Origin: Eledone cirrhosa
Taxonomy: Eukaryota
Reading direction: 5' to 3'
Length of the DNA stretch: 64,000 nt
Assembly (NCBI GenBank): GCA_964016885.1
Contig: OZ024743.1
Span: 88,722,001 to 88,786,000, forward strand
Part shown: piece after piece, positions 38,101 to 52,200 of the stretch
Layout of the letters: each line of letters opens with the position of its first letter
How positions within the stretch are numbered: position 1 is the first letter of the stretch
The notes under the pieces: model-generated
What the model was told of the DNA's origin: nothing
Database searches by the model: none
The model's input: only the letters and a program-made list of their open reading frames with translations
Translations under genes and position numbers: made by a program

Positions 38101-40263
38101 ACCAACACTACCACCACTACCACCGCTACCACCACTACCAACACTACCACCACTACCACCGCTACCACCACTACCACCACTACCACCACTACCACCCCTA
38201 CCACCGCTACCACCATAACCACCGCTACCACCACTACCACCCCTACCACCGCTACCACCATAACCACCACTACCACCACTACCACCACTACCACCGCTAC
38301 CACCACTACCAACGCTACCACCGCTACCACCACTACCACCGCTACCACCACTACCACCACTACCACCACTACCACCACTACCACCGCTACCACCGCTACC
38401 ACCACTACCACCGCTACCACCACCACCACCACTACCACCGCTACCACCACTACCACCGCTACCACCACTACCAACGCTACCACCACTACCAACACTACCA
38501 CCACTACCACAGCTACCACCACTACCACCGCTACCACCACTACCACCACTACCACCACTACCACCGCTACCACCGCTACCACCGCCATCACCGCTACCAC
38601 CGCTACCACCGCTACCACCACTACCACCACTACCACCACTACCACCGCTACCACCACTACCACCGCCATCACCGCTACCACCGCTACCACCGCTACCACC
38701 ACTACCACCACTACCACCACTACCACCACTACCACCGCTACCACCACTACCACCACTACCACCGCTACCACCACTACCACCCCTACCACCGCTACCACCA
38801 CTACCACCACTACCACCTCTACCACCGCTACCACCACTACCACCGCTACCACCGCTACCACCACTACCACCACTACCACCGCTACCACCACTACCACCAC
38901 TACCACCGCTACCACCGCTACCACCACTACCACCGCTACCACCACTACCACCACTACCACCGCTACCACCGCTACCACCACTACCACCACTACCACCACT
39001 ACCACCACTACCACCCCTACCACCGCTACCACCACTACCAACGCTACCACCGCTACCACCACTACCACCGCTACCACCGCTACCACCACTACCAACGCTA
39101 CCACCACTACCAACACTACCACCACTACCACCGCTACCACCGCTACCACCACTACCACCACTACCACCGCTACCACCACTACCACCCCTACCACCGCTAC
39201 CACCACTACCACCACTACCACCTCTACCACCGCTACCACCACTACCACCACTACCACCGCTACCACCGCTACCAACGCTACCACCACTACCAACACTACC
39301 ACCACTACCACCTCTACCACCGCTACCACCACTACCACCGCTACCACCACTACCACCGCTACCACCGCTACCACCACTACCAACGCTACCACCACTACCA
39401 ACACTACCACCACTACCACCGCTACCACCGCTACCACCACTACCACCACTACCACCGCTACCACCACTACCACCGCTACCACCGCTACCACCACTACCAC
39501 CACTACCACCGCTACCACCACTACCACCACTACCAACGCTACCACCGCTACCACCAATACCACCGCTACCACCACTACCACCACTACCACCGCTACCACC
39601 ACTACCACCACTACCACCGCTACCACCGCTACCACCGCTACCACCGCTACCACCACTACCACCGCTACCACCACTACCACCGCTACCACCGCTACCACCG
39701 CTACCACCACTACCACCGCTACCACCGCTACCACCGCTACCACCACTACCACCGCTACCACCGCTACCACCACTACCACCGCTACCACCGCTACCACCGC
39801 TACCACCGCTACCACCACTACCACCGCTACCACCACTACCACCGCTACCACCACTACCACCACTACCACCGCTACCACCACTACCACCGCTACCACCGCT
39901 ACCACCGCTACCACCGCTACCAACACTACCACCACTACCACCGCTACCACCACTACCACCGCTACCACCACTACCACTACTACCACCGCTACCACCACTA
40001 CCACCGCTACCACCACTACCACCACTACCACCGCTACCACCGCTACCACCGCTACCACCGCTACCACCGCTACCACCACTACCACCGCTACCACCACTAC
40101 CACCGCTACCACCACTACCACCGCTACCACCGCTACCACCACTACCACCACTACCACCGCTACCACCACTACCACCACTACCACCGCTACCACCGCTACC
40201 ACCGCTACCACCGCTACCACCACTACCACCGCTACCACCACTACCACCACTACCACCACCACC
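35161..40263. repeat. About 5.1-kb 9-bp array (CCACCACTA/CCACCGCTA)n
   Basis: Trinucleotide phase kept throughout; variant blocks recur. Confidence 0.97.
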
Positions 40264-40680
40264 TCCCTTATCAAATAAAACACACCCACACCTACTTCAA
40301 CCCACATTACACACCCTACAGCCACATCACCCACACAACACACATAACCCAGCACACAATCGATCTCTCAACACTCCCCCACATTCCACAACCTCCCCCA
40401 CCCCACTCTCCCACACACACAACCCACAACACCCCTATATACACTCTCCAGCATACAACCCTTCCCTCAATACACCCCCCCCCCAAGTCACCCACAGTCG
40501 CCTCCCCCCACTTCACCCCACCAGTCCCACCCCCACCTCCAGATATAAGTCAATGTTTCTGCTCCAGTCACTTCCCTCTAATCAATCAACAGTGTACAGT
40601 CCATTGATTGATTATTCAATTTCCTTGATTCCTCTCTGGACCATTCACTAGAGTTCTGGGACAGGAAATTAAGGGGGAAG

Positions 40681-41416
40681 ATGGTGGTGGTGGGGTATTG
40701 GTGGTGGTGGTGGTGGTGGTGGTGGTAGAGGTGGTGGTAGTAGTAGTGGTAGTAGCGGTGGTGGGGGTGTTGGTGTTGGTGGTGGTGGTAGTGGTGGTGG
40801 TAGTGGCAGTGGTGGTGGTGTTGGTGGTGGTGGTGGTGTTAGTGGTGGTTGTGGTGGTTGTGGTTGTAATGGTGGTTGTGGTGGTTGTGTTGGTGTTGGT
40901 GGTGGTGGTGGTGGTGGTGGTGGTTGTAGTGGTGGTAGTGGTGGTGGTGTTGGTGGTGGTGGTGGTAGTAGTGGTGGTAGTGGTGGTGGTGGTGGTGGTG
41001 GTGGTGGTGGTAGTGGTGGTGGTGGGGGTGGTGGTGTTGGTGGTAGTGGTTGTGGCGGTGGTGGTGGTGGTAGTGGGGGGAGGTGGTAGTGGTGGTGGTA
41101 GTGGTGGTAGTGGTAGTATTGGTGGTGGTAGTAGTGGTGGTAGTGGTAGTGGTGGTGTGGGTGATATTGGTGATTGTTGTGGTAGTGGTGGTGTTAGGGG
41201 TATAAGTGATGTTGTTGGTGGTAGTATTAATGGTGGAGGTATTGGTGTTGGTGATGGTTGTGGTAGTGGTGATGATGCTGGTGATGTTGGTGGTAATTGT
41301 GATATTGTTGTTGATGGTGGTAATGGTGTTGATAGTGGCAGTGGTAGTGGTGATGGTGGTGTTGGTGTTGGTAGTTGTTGTAGTTCTAGTGTTGTTGGTG
41401 GTGTTGATGTTGTTGG
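40681..41416. repeat. (GGT/AGT/TGT)n tract, complementary to the upstream (CCA/CTA)n array
   Basis: Direct inspection. Confidence 0.9.
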
Positions 41417-41446
41417 CAATGAAAAATGAATTGTATACACACACAG

Positions 41447-41479
<33 letters not shown>

Positions 41480-41522
41480 CATACATATATATAAATACAT
41501 ATACATATATATATATACATAT

Positions 41523-41553
<31 letters not shown>

Positions 41554-41938
41554 TACAAACATACACACGCCAATATATACTAAGTCATATACACATACAA
41601 TCACACGCACATGCATACAGAAACCAATGCAGTGATCCACTGCATCTAGAGATGACAGTTTGATGTATACAGTGGACCAGGTGGTTTCAAGCAAGGATCA
41701 GTTTAAATGAAGGACATTATTTCTATGTGATTCCTTCCTAATCCCTATTTTAGATTAAATAAAACCAACAAAACAACTTAATAAACAGCTATACAAATAA
41801 ACCCCAACTAGTTTGAAGTCAGTTGACACAAATCTCTAGACTTAATCTTCTCTAATAACTATATGTAATCCCATTTGTTTGTATTCACAGTTTAATTCAA
41901 CTTCACACAATTGATGTTAATATGTTGTTTTATTTCAG

Positions 41939-42059
41939 ATTATTAATCAAAGGCCCTTCAGTGAGTTGGACATAAACTCCTGGTAGCTATTAGCAACCAA
42001 GACATCTCTTGTAGTTCTACTGGAGTACTGTGGAGACAGTATCAAGTCTATCGATTCAG
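41939..42059 (+). other. Candidate spliced non-coding exon (121 nt)
   Basis: Acceptor TTGTTTTATTTCAG| and consensus donor CAG|GTAAGT in unique sequence; stops in all three frames. Confidence 0.5.
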
Positions 42060-42540
42060 GTAAGTCTTAAACATTTCCTGGTTTTAACCCTTTTCCTGCC
42101 AAACTTACTCATATCCTGCCTTGGTTCTATCAAACAAAATCACACATTTTAAAGGGTTTCTGTTTAAATTAAAATTTTCCAACTTAATTTTATATACACT
42201 TGGGTCTCAAATAATTGTCCACTTCCCTCCCAGCTTATTGTTTATTTTAGATTTTTTCCACTCCCCTGTCCCTATTCGACCCGTTTATAAAATTTTGTTA
42301 ACCTATCTCTGGAAAATTTTATTTAAGTGGTAGCACTCCTGTGACAATTAATTTTCTTTAGACATTGAAAAAACATACATGACAAAAACAGAATATAACT
42401 AGAAATCAAATAAGTTATAAAATAAATAGGATGGGTTGGGGTCCCAATATGTAAACTAAAGGACTAATTCTGGTTTAAACAAAAACAAAGGGAGACAACC
42501 TAGAAAAGTTACCAATTTTCCCCCCTCAATCCCGCTTATT

Positions 42541-42968
42541 ATTTATTGTGTAAAGTGCTCAGGTGCACTACAACTCGTCAAAGGTACTTGTATAGTACAT
42601 AGAATAATATACAAATGTCAGCGAAGTGCATCGTGTATGAGTCATGATATACATGTGTATATGTGTATGGAGGGGGAACATTAGGTGTAGTGTTGGCGAA
42701 TCTCAGGAAGCATGGAGGTTTTAAAGGATGCAGTGTTTCGACAGTTAATAACTGATGCAGGTGGTTTGTTCCATGCTTCAGCAACTCTGAGCGTGAAAAA
42801 AATGTTTCCGAAAGTCATGGGAGCTGTGCTGTTCTCTGACTTTGTAGGTATGTTGTTGGCGAGATAGTTAATAACTTTGTGGGTGTTTACCAAGTCAGTT
42901 GCCAGACGTCGGAGCTTCAATGTATCCATGCCCAGGGAACCAAGGCGTTCAGAGTATGGTACATGGCT
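42541..42968 (-). mobile_element. CR1/L2 LINE 3' fragment inserted into a MITE
   Basis: MDTLKLRRLATDL...FFTLRVAEAWNKP; same family as 28449; GCTTATT flanks both sides (42534, 42969). Confidence 0.85.
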
Positions 42969-43267
42969 GCTTATTTCAACCCTCGAATTATTTCAAATCC
43001 CCACTTATTTCATCCCCCTGCTTATTCTATCCCCTCTATTATTTGGGATCTGAGAGTAAGAACTTCTCTGTAAGTTATGTTACAATCATTCAAGTTCCTG
43101 CAACAATTGTTGTGGTGCCATTCTTGATGTTTAGCTATGTGACCATCATGGCATATCAATGGACCTTAGAAATGCTAGATGGTGCCCATCTCCTTCCAAA
43201 CTTTCAAGTCCCTCATTAAATTTAGAGTTCAGTAGTTACTGGGGTTTGACTGAAAAACATCTCGGAA

Positions 43268-46200
43268 TCAGAAGTGAGAATGAGTTGAGAACCAGTGTAC
43301 CCCTCCATTCCTAAGTCTGCTGCTGCCAGACATCAGAGAATGAGGTGAGAACCAGTGTACCCCTCCATTCCTAAGTCTGCTGCTGCCAGACATTAGAGAA
43401 TGAGTTGAGAACCAGTGTACCCCTCCATTCCTAAGTCTGGTGCTGCCAGACATTAGAGAATGAGTTGAGAACCAGTGTACCCCTCCATTCCTAAGTCTGC
43501 TGCTGCCAGACATTAGAGAATGAGTTGAGAACCAGTGTACCCCTCCATTCCTAAGTCTGCTGCTGCCAGACATCAGAGAATGAGGTGAGAACCAGTGTAC
43601 CCCTCCATTCCTAAGTCTGCTGCTGCCAGACATTAGAGAATGAGTTGAGAACCAGTGTACCCCTCCATCCCTAAGTCTGCTGCTGCCAGACATCAGAGAG
43701 TGAGGTGAGAACCAGTGTACCTCTCCATTCCTAAGTCTGCTGCTGCCAGACATCAGAGAATGAGGTGAGAACCAGTGTACCCCTCCATACCTAAGTCTGC
43801 TGCTGCCAGACATTAGAGAGTGAGGTGAGAACCAGTGTACCCCTCCATACCTAAGTCTGCTGCTGCCAGACATTAGAGAATGAGGTGAGAACCAGTGTAC
43901 CTCTCCATTCCTAAGTCTGCTGCTGCCAGACATCAGAGAATGAGGTGAGAACCAGTGTACCTCTCCATTCCTAAGTCTGCTGCCAGACATCAGAGAATGA
44001 GGTGAGAACCAGTGTACCTCTCCATTCCTAAGTCTGCTGCTGCCAGACATCAGAGAATGAGGTGAGAACCAGTGTACCCCTCCATTCCTAAGTCTGCTGC
44101 TTCCAGACATCAGAGAATTAGGTGAGAACCAGTGTACCCCTCCATCCCTAAGTCTGCTGCTGCCAGACATCAGAGAATGAGGTGAGAACCAGTGTACTCC
44201 TCCATCCCTAAGTCTGCTGCTGCCAGACATTAGAGAATGAGGTGAGAACCAGTGTACCCCTCCATTCCTAAGTCTGCTGCTTCCAGACATCAGAGAATTA
44301 GGTGAGAACCAGTGTACCCCTCCATACCTAAGTCTGCTGCTGCCAGACATTAGAGAATGAGGTGAGAACCAGTGTACCCCTCCATCCCTAAGTCTGCTGC
44401 TGCCAGACATTAGAGAATTAGGTGAGAACCAGTGTACCCCTCCATCCCTAGGTCTGCTGCTGCCAGACATTAGAGAATGAGGTGAGAACCAGTGTACCCC
44501 TCCATCCCTAAGTCTGCTGCTGCCAGACATTAGAGAATGAGGTGAGAACCAGTGTACCCCTCCATTCCTAAGTCTGCTGCTGCCAGACATTAGAGAATGA
44601 GGTGAGAACCAGTGTACCCCTCCATACCTAAGTCTGCTGCTGCCAGACATTAGAGAATGAGGTGAGAACCAGTGTACCCCTCCATCCCTAAGTCTGCTGC
44701 TGCCAGACATTAGAGAATTAGGTGAGAACCAGTGTACCCCTCCATCCCTAGGTCTGCTGCTGCCAGACATTAGAGAATGAGGTGAGAACCAGTGTACCCC
44801 TCCATCCCTAAGTCTGCTGCTGCCAGACATTAGAGAATGAGGTGAGAACCAGTGTACCCCTCCATTCCTAAGTCTGCTGCTGCCAGACATTAGAGAATGA
44901 GGTGAGAACCAGTGTACCCCTCCATACCTAAGTCTGCTGCTGCCAGACATTAGAGAATGAGGTGAGAACCAGTGTACCCCTCCATTCCTAAGTCTGCTGC
45001 TGCCAGACATCAGAGAATGAGGTGAGAACCAGTGTACCCCTCCATCCCTAAGTCTGCTGCTGCCAGACATCAGAGAATGAGGTGAGAACCAGTGTAGTCC
45101 TCCATCCCTAAGTCTGCTGCTGCCAGACATTAGAGAATGAGGTGAGAACCAGTGTACCCCTCCATTCCTAAGTCTGCTGCTGCCAGACATTAGAGAATGA
45201 GGTGAGAACCAGTGTACCCCTCCATACCTAAGTCTGCTGCTGCCAGACATCAGAGAATGAGGTGAGAACCAGTGTACCCCTCCATTCCTAAGTCTGCTGC
45301 TGCCAGACATTAGAGAATGAGGTGAGAACCAGTGTACCCCTCCATTCCTAAGTCTGCTGTTGTCAGACATTAGAGAATGAGGTGAGAACCAGTGTACCCC
45401 TCCATACCTAAGTCTGGTGCTGCCAGACATTAGAGAATGAGGTGAGAACCAGTGTACCCCTCCATACCTAAGTCTGCTGCTGCCAGACATTAGAGAATGA
45501 GGTGAGAACCAGTGTACCTCTCCATTCCTAAGTCTGCTGCTACCAGACATCAGAGAATGAGGTGAGAACCAGTGTACCCCTCCATACCTAAGTCTGGTGC
45601 TGCCAGACATTAGAGAATGAGGTGAGAACCAGTGTACCCCTCCATACCTAAGTCTGGTGCTGCCAGACATTAGAGAATGAGGTGAGAACCAGTGTACCCC
45701 TCCATACCTAAGTCTGGTGCTGCCAGACATTAGAGAATGAGGTGAGAACCAGTGTACCCCTCCATACCTAAGTCTGGTGCTGCCAGACATTAGAGAATGA
45801 GGTGAGAACCAGTGTACCTCTCCATTCCTAAGTCTGCTGCTGCCAGACATCAGAGAATGAGGTGAGAACCAGTGTACCCCTCCATACCTAAGTCTGGTGC
45901 TGCCAGACATTAGAGAATGAGGTGAGAACCAGTGTACCCCTCCATTCCTAAGTCTGGTGCTGCCAGACATTAGAGAATGAGGTGAGAACCAGTGTACCCC
46001 TCCATACCTAAGTCTGCTGCTGCCAGACATTAGAGAATGAGGTGAGAACCAGTGTACCCCTCCATTCCTAAGTCTGGTGCTGCCAGACATTAGAGAATGA
46101 GGTGAGAACCAGTGTACCCCTCCATACCTAAGTCTGCTGCTGCCAGACATTAGAGAATGAGGTGAGAACCAGTGTACCCCTCCATACCTAAGTCTGGTGC

Positions 46201-49200
46201 TGCCAGACATTAGAGAATGAGGTGAGAACCAGTGTACCTCTCCATTCCTAAGTCTGCTGCTGCCAGACATCAGAGAATGAGGTGAGAACCAGTGTACCCC
46301 TCCATACCTAAGTCTGGTGCTGCCAGACATTAGAGAATGAGGTGAGAACCAGTGTACCCCTCCATACCTAAGTCTGGTGCTGCCAGACATTAGAGAATGA
46401 GGTGAGAACCAGTGTACCCCTCCATACCTAAGTCTGCTGCTGCCAGACATTAGAGAATGAGGTGAGAACCAGTGTACCCCTCCATACCTAAGTCTGGTGC
46501 TGCCAGACATTAGAGAATGAGGTGAGAACCAGTGTACCCCTCCATACCTAAGTCTGCTGCTGCCAGACATCAGAGAGTGAGGTGAGAACCAGTGTACCCC
46601 TCCATTCCTAAGTCTGCTGCTGCCAGACATTAGAGAATGAGGTGAGAACCAGTGTACCTCTCCATTCCTAAGTCTGCTGCTGCCAGACATCAGAGAATGA
46701 GGTGAGAACCAGTGTACCCCTCCATTCCTAAGTCTGCTGCTGCCAGACATTAGAGAGTGAGGTGAGAACCAGTGTACCCCTCCATTCCTAAGTCTGCTGC
46801 TGCCAGACATCAGAGAGTGAGGTGAGAACCAGTGTACCTCTCCATTCCTAAGTCTGCTGCTGCCAGACATTAGAGAATGAGGTGAGAACCAGTGTACCCC
46901 TCCATTCCTAAGTCTGGTGCTGCCAGACATTAGAGAATGAGGTGAGAACCAGTGTACCTCTCCATTCCTAAGTCTGCTGCTGCCAGACATCAGAGAATGA
47001 GGTGAGAACCAGTGTACCCCTCCATTCCTAAGTCTGCTGCTTCCAGACATCAGAGAATTAGGTGAGAACCAGTGTACCCCTCCATCCCTAAGTCTGCTGC
47101 TGCCAGACATTAGAGAATGAGGTGAGAACCAGTGTACCCCTCCATACCTAAGTCTGCTGCTGCCAGACATTAGAGAATGAGGTGAGAACCAGTGTACCCC
47201 TCCATCCCTAAGTCTGCTGCTGCCAGACATTAGAGAATTAGGTGAGAGCCAGTGTACCCCTCCATCCCTAGGTCTGCTGCTGCCAGACATTAGAGAATGA
47301 GGTGAGAACCAGTGTACCCCTCCATACCTAAGTCTGGTGCTGCCAGACATCAGAGAATGAGGTGAGAACCAGTGTATTCCTCCATCCCTAAGTCTGCTGC
47401 TGCCAGACATTAGAGAATGAGGTGAGAACCAGTGTACCCCTCCATTCCTAAGTCTGCTGCTTCCAGACATCAGAGAATTAGGTGAGAACCAGTGTACCCC
47501 TCCATACCTAAGTCTGCTGCTGCCAGACATTAGAGAATGAGGTGAGAACCAGTGTACCCCTCCATCCCTAAGTCTGCTGCTGCCAGACATTAGAGAATTA
47601 GGTGAGAACCAGTGTACCCCTCCATACCTAGGTCTGCTGCTGCCAGACATTAGAGAATGAGGTGAGAACCAGTGTACCCCTCCATACCTAAGTCTGGTGC
47701 TGCCAGACATCAGAGAATGAGGTGAGAACCAGTGTACCCCTCCATCCCTAAGTCTGCTGCTGCCAGACATTAGAGAATGAGGTGAGAACCAGTGTACCCC
47801 TCCATTCCTAAGTCTGCTGCTGCCAGACATTAGAGAATGAGGTGAGAACCAGTGTACCCCTCCATACCTAAGTCTGCTGCTGCCAGACATTAGAGAATGA
47901 GGTGAGAACCAGTGTACCCCTCCATTCCTAAGTCTGCTGCTGCCAGACATTAGAGAATGAGGTGAGAACCAGTGTACCCCTCCATACCTAAGTCTGGTGC
48001 TGCCAGACATCAGAGAATGAGGTGAGAACCAGTGTACCCCTCCATCCCTAAGTCTGCTGCTGCCAGACATTAGAGAATGAGGTGAGAACCAGTGTACCCC
48101 TCCATTCCTAAGTCTGCTGCTGCCAGACATTAGAGAATGAGGTGAGAACCAGTGTACCCCTCCATTCCTAAGTCTGCTGCTGCCAGACATCAGAGAATGA
48201 GGTGAGAACCAGTGTACCCCTCCATCCCTAAGTCTGCTGCTGCCAGACATCAGAGAATGAGGTGAGAACCAGTGTACTCCTCCATCCCTAAGTCTGCTGC
48301 TGCCAGACATTAGAGAATGAGGTGAGAACCAGTGTACCCCTCCATTCCTAAGTCTGCTGCTGCCAGACATTAGAGAATGAGGTGAGAACCAGTGTACCCC
48401 TCCATACCTAAGTCTGCTGCTGCCAGACATCAGAGAATGAGGTGAGAACCAGTGTACCCCTCCATTCCTAAGTCTGCTGCTGCCAGACATTAGAGAATGA
48501 GGTGAGAACCAGTGTACCCCTCCATTCCTAAGTCTGCTGTTGTCAGACATTAGAGAATGAGGTGAGAACCAGTGTACCCCTCCATACCTAAGTCTGGTGC
48601 TGCCAGACATTAGAGAATGAGGTGAGAACCAGTGTACCCCTCCATACCTAAGTCTGCTGCTGCCAGACATTAGAGAATGAGGTGAGAACCAGTGTACCTC
48701 TCCATTCCTAAGTCTGCTGCTACCAGACATCAGAGAATGAGGTGAGAACCAGTGTACCCCTCCATACCTAAGTCTGGTGCTGCCAGACATTAGAGAATGA
48801 GGTGAGAACCAGTGTACCCCTCCATACCTAAGTCTGGTGCTGCCAGACATTAGAGAATGAGGTGAGAACCAGTGTACCCCTCCATACCTAAGTCTGGTGC
48901 TGCCAGACATTAGAGAATGAGGTGAGAACCAGTGTACCTCTCCATTCCTAAGTCTGCTGCTGCCAGACATCAGAGAATGAGGTGAGAACCAGTGTACCCC
49001 TCCATACCTAAGTCTGGTGCTGCCAGACATTAGAGAATGAGGTGAGAACCAGTGTACCCCTCCATTCCTAAGTCTGGTGCTGCCAGACATTAGAGAATGA
49101 GGTGAGAACCAGTGTACCCCTCCATACCTAAGTCTGCTGCTGCCAGACATTAGAGAATGAGGTGAGAACCAGTGTACCCCTCCATTCCTAAGTCTGGTGC

Positions 49201-52200
49201 TGCCAGACATTAGAGAATGAGGTGAGAACCAGTGTACCCCTCCATACCTAAGTCTGCTGCTGCCAGACATTAGAGAATGAGGTGAGAACCAGTGTACCCC
49301 TCCATACCTAAGTCTGGTGCTGCCAGACATTAGAGAATGAGGTGAGAACCAGTGTACCTCTCCATTCCTAAGTCTGCTGCTGCCAGACATCAGAGAATGA
49401 GGTGAGAACCAGTGTACCCCTCCATACCTAAGTCTGGTGCTGCCAGACATTAGAGAATGAGGTGAGAACCAGTGTACCCCTCCATACCTAAGTCTGGTGC
49501 TGCCAGACATTAGAGAATGAGGTGAGAACCAGTGTACCCCTCCATACCTAAGTCTGCTGCTGCCAGACATTAGAGAATGAGGTGAGAACCAGTGTACCCC
49601 TCCATACCTAAGTCTGGTGCTGCCAGACATTAGAGAATGAGGTGAGAACCAGTGTACCCCTCCATACCTAAGTCTGCTGCTGCCAGACATCAGAGAGTGA
49701 GGTGAGAACCAGTGTACCCCTCCATTCCTAAGTCTGCTGCTGCCAGACATTAGAGAATGAGGTGAGAACCAGTGTACCTCTCCATTCCTAAGTCTGCTGC
49801 TGCCAGACATCAGAGAATGAGGTGAGAACCAGTGTACCCCTCCATTCCTAAGTCTGCTGCTGCCAGACATTAGAGAGTGAGGTGAGAACCAGTGTACCCC
49901 TCCATTCCTAAGTCTGCTGCTGCCAGACATCAGAGAGTGAGGTGAGAACCAGTGTACCTCTCCATTCCTAAGTCTGCTGCTGCCAGACATTAGAGAATGA
50001 GGTGAGAACCAGTGTACCCCTCCATTCCTAAGTCTGGTGCTGCCAGACATTAGAGAATGAGGTGAGAACCAGTGTACCTCTCCATTCCTAAGTCTGCTGC
50101 TGCCAGACATCAGAGAATGAGGTGAGAACCAGTGTACCCCTCCATTCCTAAGTCTGCTGCTTCCAGACATCAGAGAATTAGGTGAGAACCAGTGTACCCC
50201 TCCATCCCTAAGTCTGCTGCTGCCAGACATTAGAGAATGAGGTGAGAACCAGTGTACCCCTCCATACCTAAGTCTGCTGCTGCCAGACATTAGAGAATGA
50301 GGTGAGAACCAGTGTACCCCTCCATCCCTAAGTCTGCTGCTGCCAGACATTAGAGAATTAGGTGAGAACCAGTGTACCCCTCCATCCCTAGGTCTGCTGC
50401 TGCCAGACATTAGAGAATGAGGTGAGAACCAGTGTACCCCTCCATACCTAAGTCTGGTGCTGCCAGACATCAGAGAATGAGGTGAGAACCAGTGTACCCC
50501 TCCATCCCTAAGTCTGCTGCTGCCAGACATTAGAGAATGAGGTGAGAACCAGTGTACCCCTCCATACCTAAGTCTGGTGCTGCCAGACATCAGAGAATGA
50601 GGTGAGAACCAGTGTACCCCTCCATCCCTAAGTCTGCTGCTGCCAGACATTAGAGAATGAGGTGAGAACCAGTGTACCCCTCCATTCCTAAGTCTGCTGC
50701 TGCCAGACATTAGAGAATGAGGTGAGAACCAGTGTACCCCTCCATTCCTAAGTCTGCTGCTGCCAGACATTAGAGAATGAGGTGAGAACCAGTGTACCCC
50801 TCCATACCTAAGTCTGCTGCTGCCAGACATCAGAGAATGAGGTGAGAACCAGTGTACCCCTCCATTCCTAAGTCTGCTGCTGCCAGACATTAGAGAATGA
50901 GGTGAGAACCAGTGTACCCCTCCATTCCTAAGTCTGCTGTTGTCAGACATTAGAGAATGAGGTGAGAACCAGTGTACCCCTCCATACCTAAGTCTGGTGC
51001 TGCCAGACATTAGAGAATGAGGTGAGAACCAGTGTACCCCTCCATACCTAAGTCTGCTGCTGCCAGACATTAGAGAATGAGGTGAGAACCAGTGTACCTC
51101 TCCATTCCTAAGTCTGCTGCTGCCAGACATCAGAGAATGAGGTGAGAACCAGTGTACCCCTCCATACCTAAGTCTGGTGCTGCCAGACATTAGAGAATGA
51201 GGTGAGAACCAGTGTACCCCTCCATACCTAAGTCTGGTGCTGCCAGACATTAGAGAATGAGGTGAGAACCAGTGTACCCCTCCATACCTAAGTCTGGTGC
51301 TGCCAGACATTAGAGAATGAGGTGAGAACCAGTGTACCCCTCCATACCTAAGTCTGGTGCTGCCAGACATTAGAGAATGAGGTGAGAACCAGTGTACCTC
51401 TCCATTCCTAAGTCTGCTGCTGCCAGACATCAGAGAATGAGGTGAGAACCAGTGTACCCCTCCATACCTAAGTCTGGTGCTGCCAGACATTAGAGAATGA
51501 GGTGAGAACCAGTGTACCCCTCCATACCTAAGTCTGGTGCTGCCAGACATTAGAGAATGAGGTGAGAACCAGTGTACCCCTCCATACCTAAGTCTGCTGC
51601 TGCCAGACATTAGAGAATGAGGTGAGAACCAGTGTACCCCTCCATACCTAAGTCTGGTGCTGCCAGACATTAGAGAATGAGGTGAGAACCAGTGTACCCC
51701 TCCATACCTAAGTCTGCTGCTGCCAGACATCAGAGAGTGAGGTGAGAACCAGTGTACCCCTCCATTCCTAAGTCTGCTGCTGCCAGACATTAGAGAATGA
51801 GGTGAGAACCAGTGTACCTCTCCATTCCTAAGTTTGCTGCTGCCAGACATCAGAGAATGAGGTGAGAACCAGTGTACCCCTCCATTCCTAAGTCTGCTGC
51901 TGCCAGACATTAGAGAGTGAGGTGAGAACCAGTGTACCCCTCCATTCCTAAGTCTGCTGCTGCCAGACATCAGAGAGTGAGGTGAGAACCAGTGTACCTC
52001 TCCATTCCTAAGTCTGCTGCTGCCAGACATTAGAGAATGAGGTGAGAACCAGTGTACCCCTCCATTCCTAAGTCTGGTGCTGCCAGACATCAGAGAATGA
52101 GGTGAGAACCAGTGTACCCCTCCATTCCTAAGTCTGCTGTTGTCAGACATTAGAGAATGAGGTGAGAACCAGTGTACCCCTCCATACCTAAGTCTGGTGC

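Noticed and set aside
35028-40607. 1859-aa His/Tyr ORF and 1732-aa poly-Val antisense ORF
   Set aside because: Alternative frames of a stop-free 9-bp repeat; starts lie in low-complexity sequence
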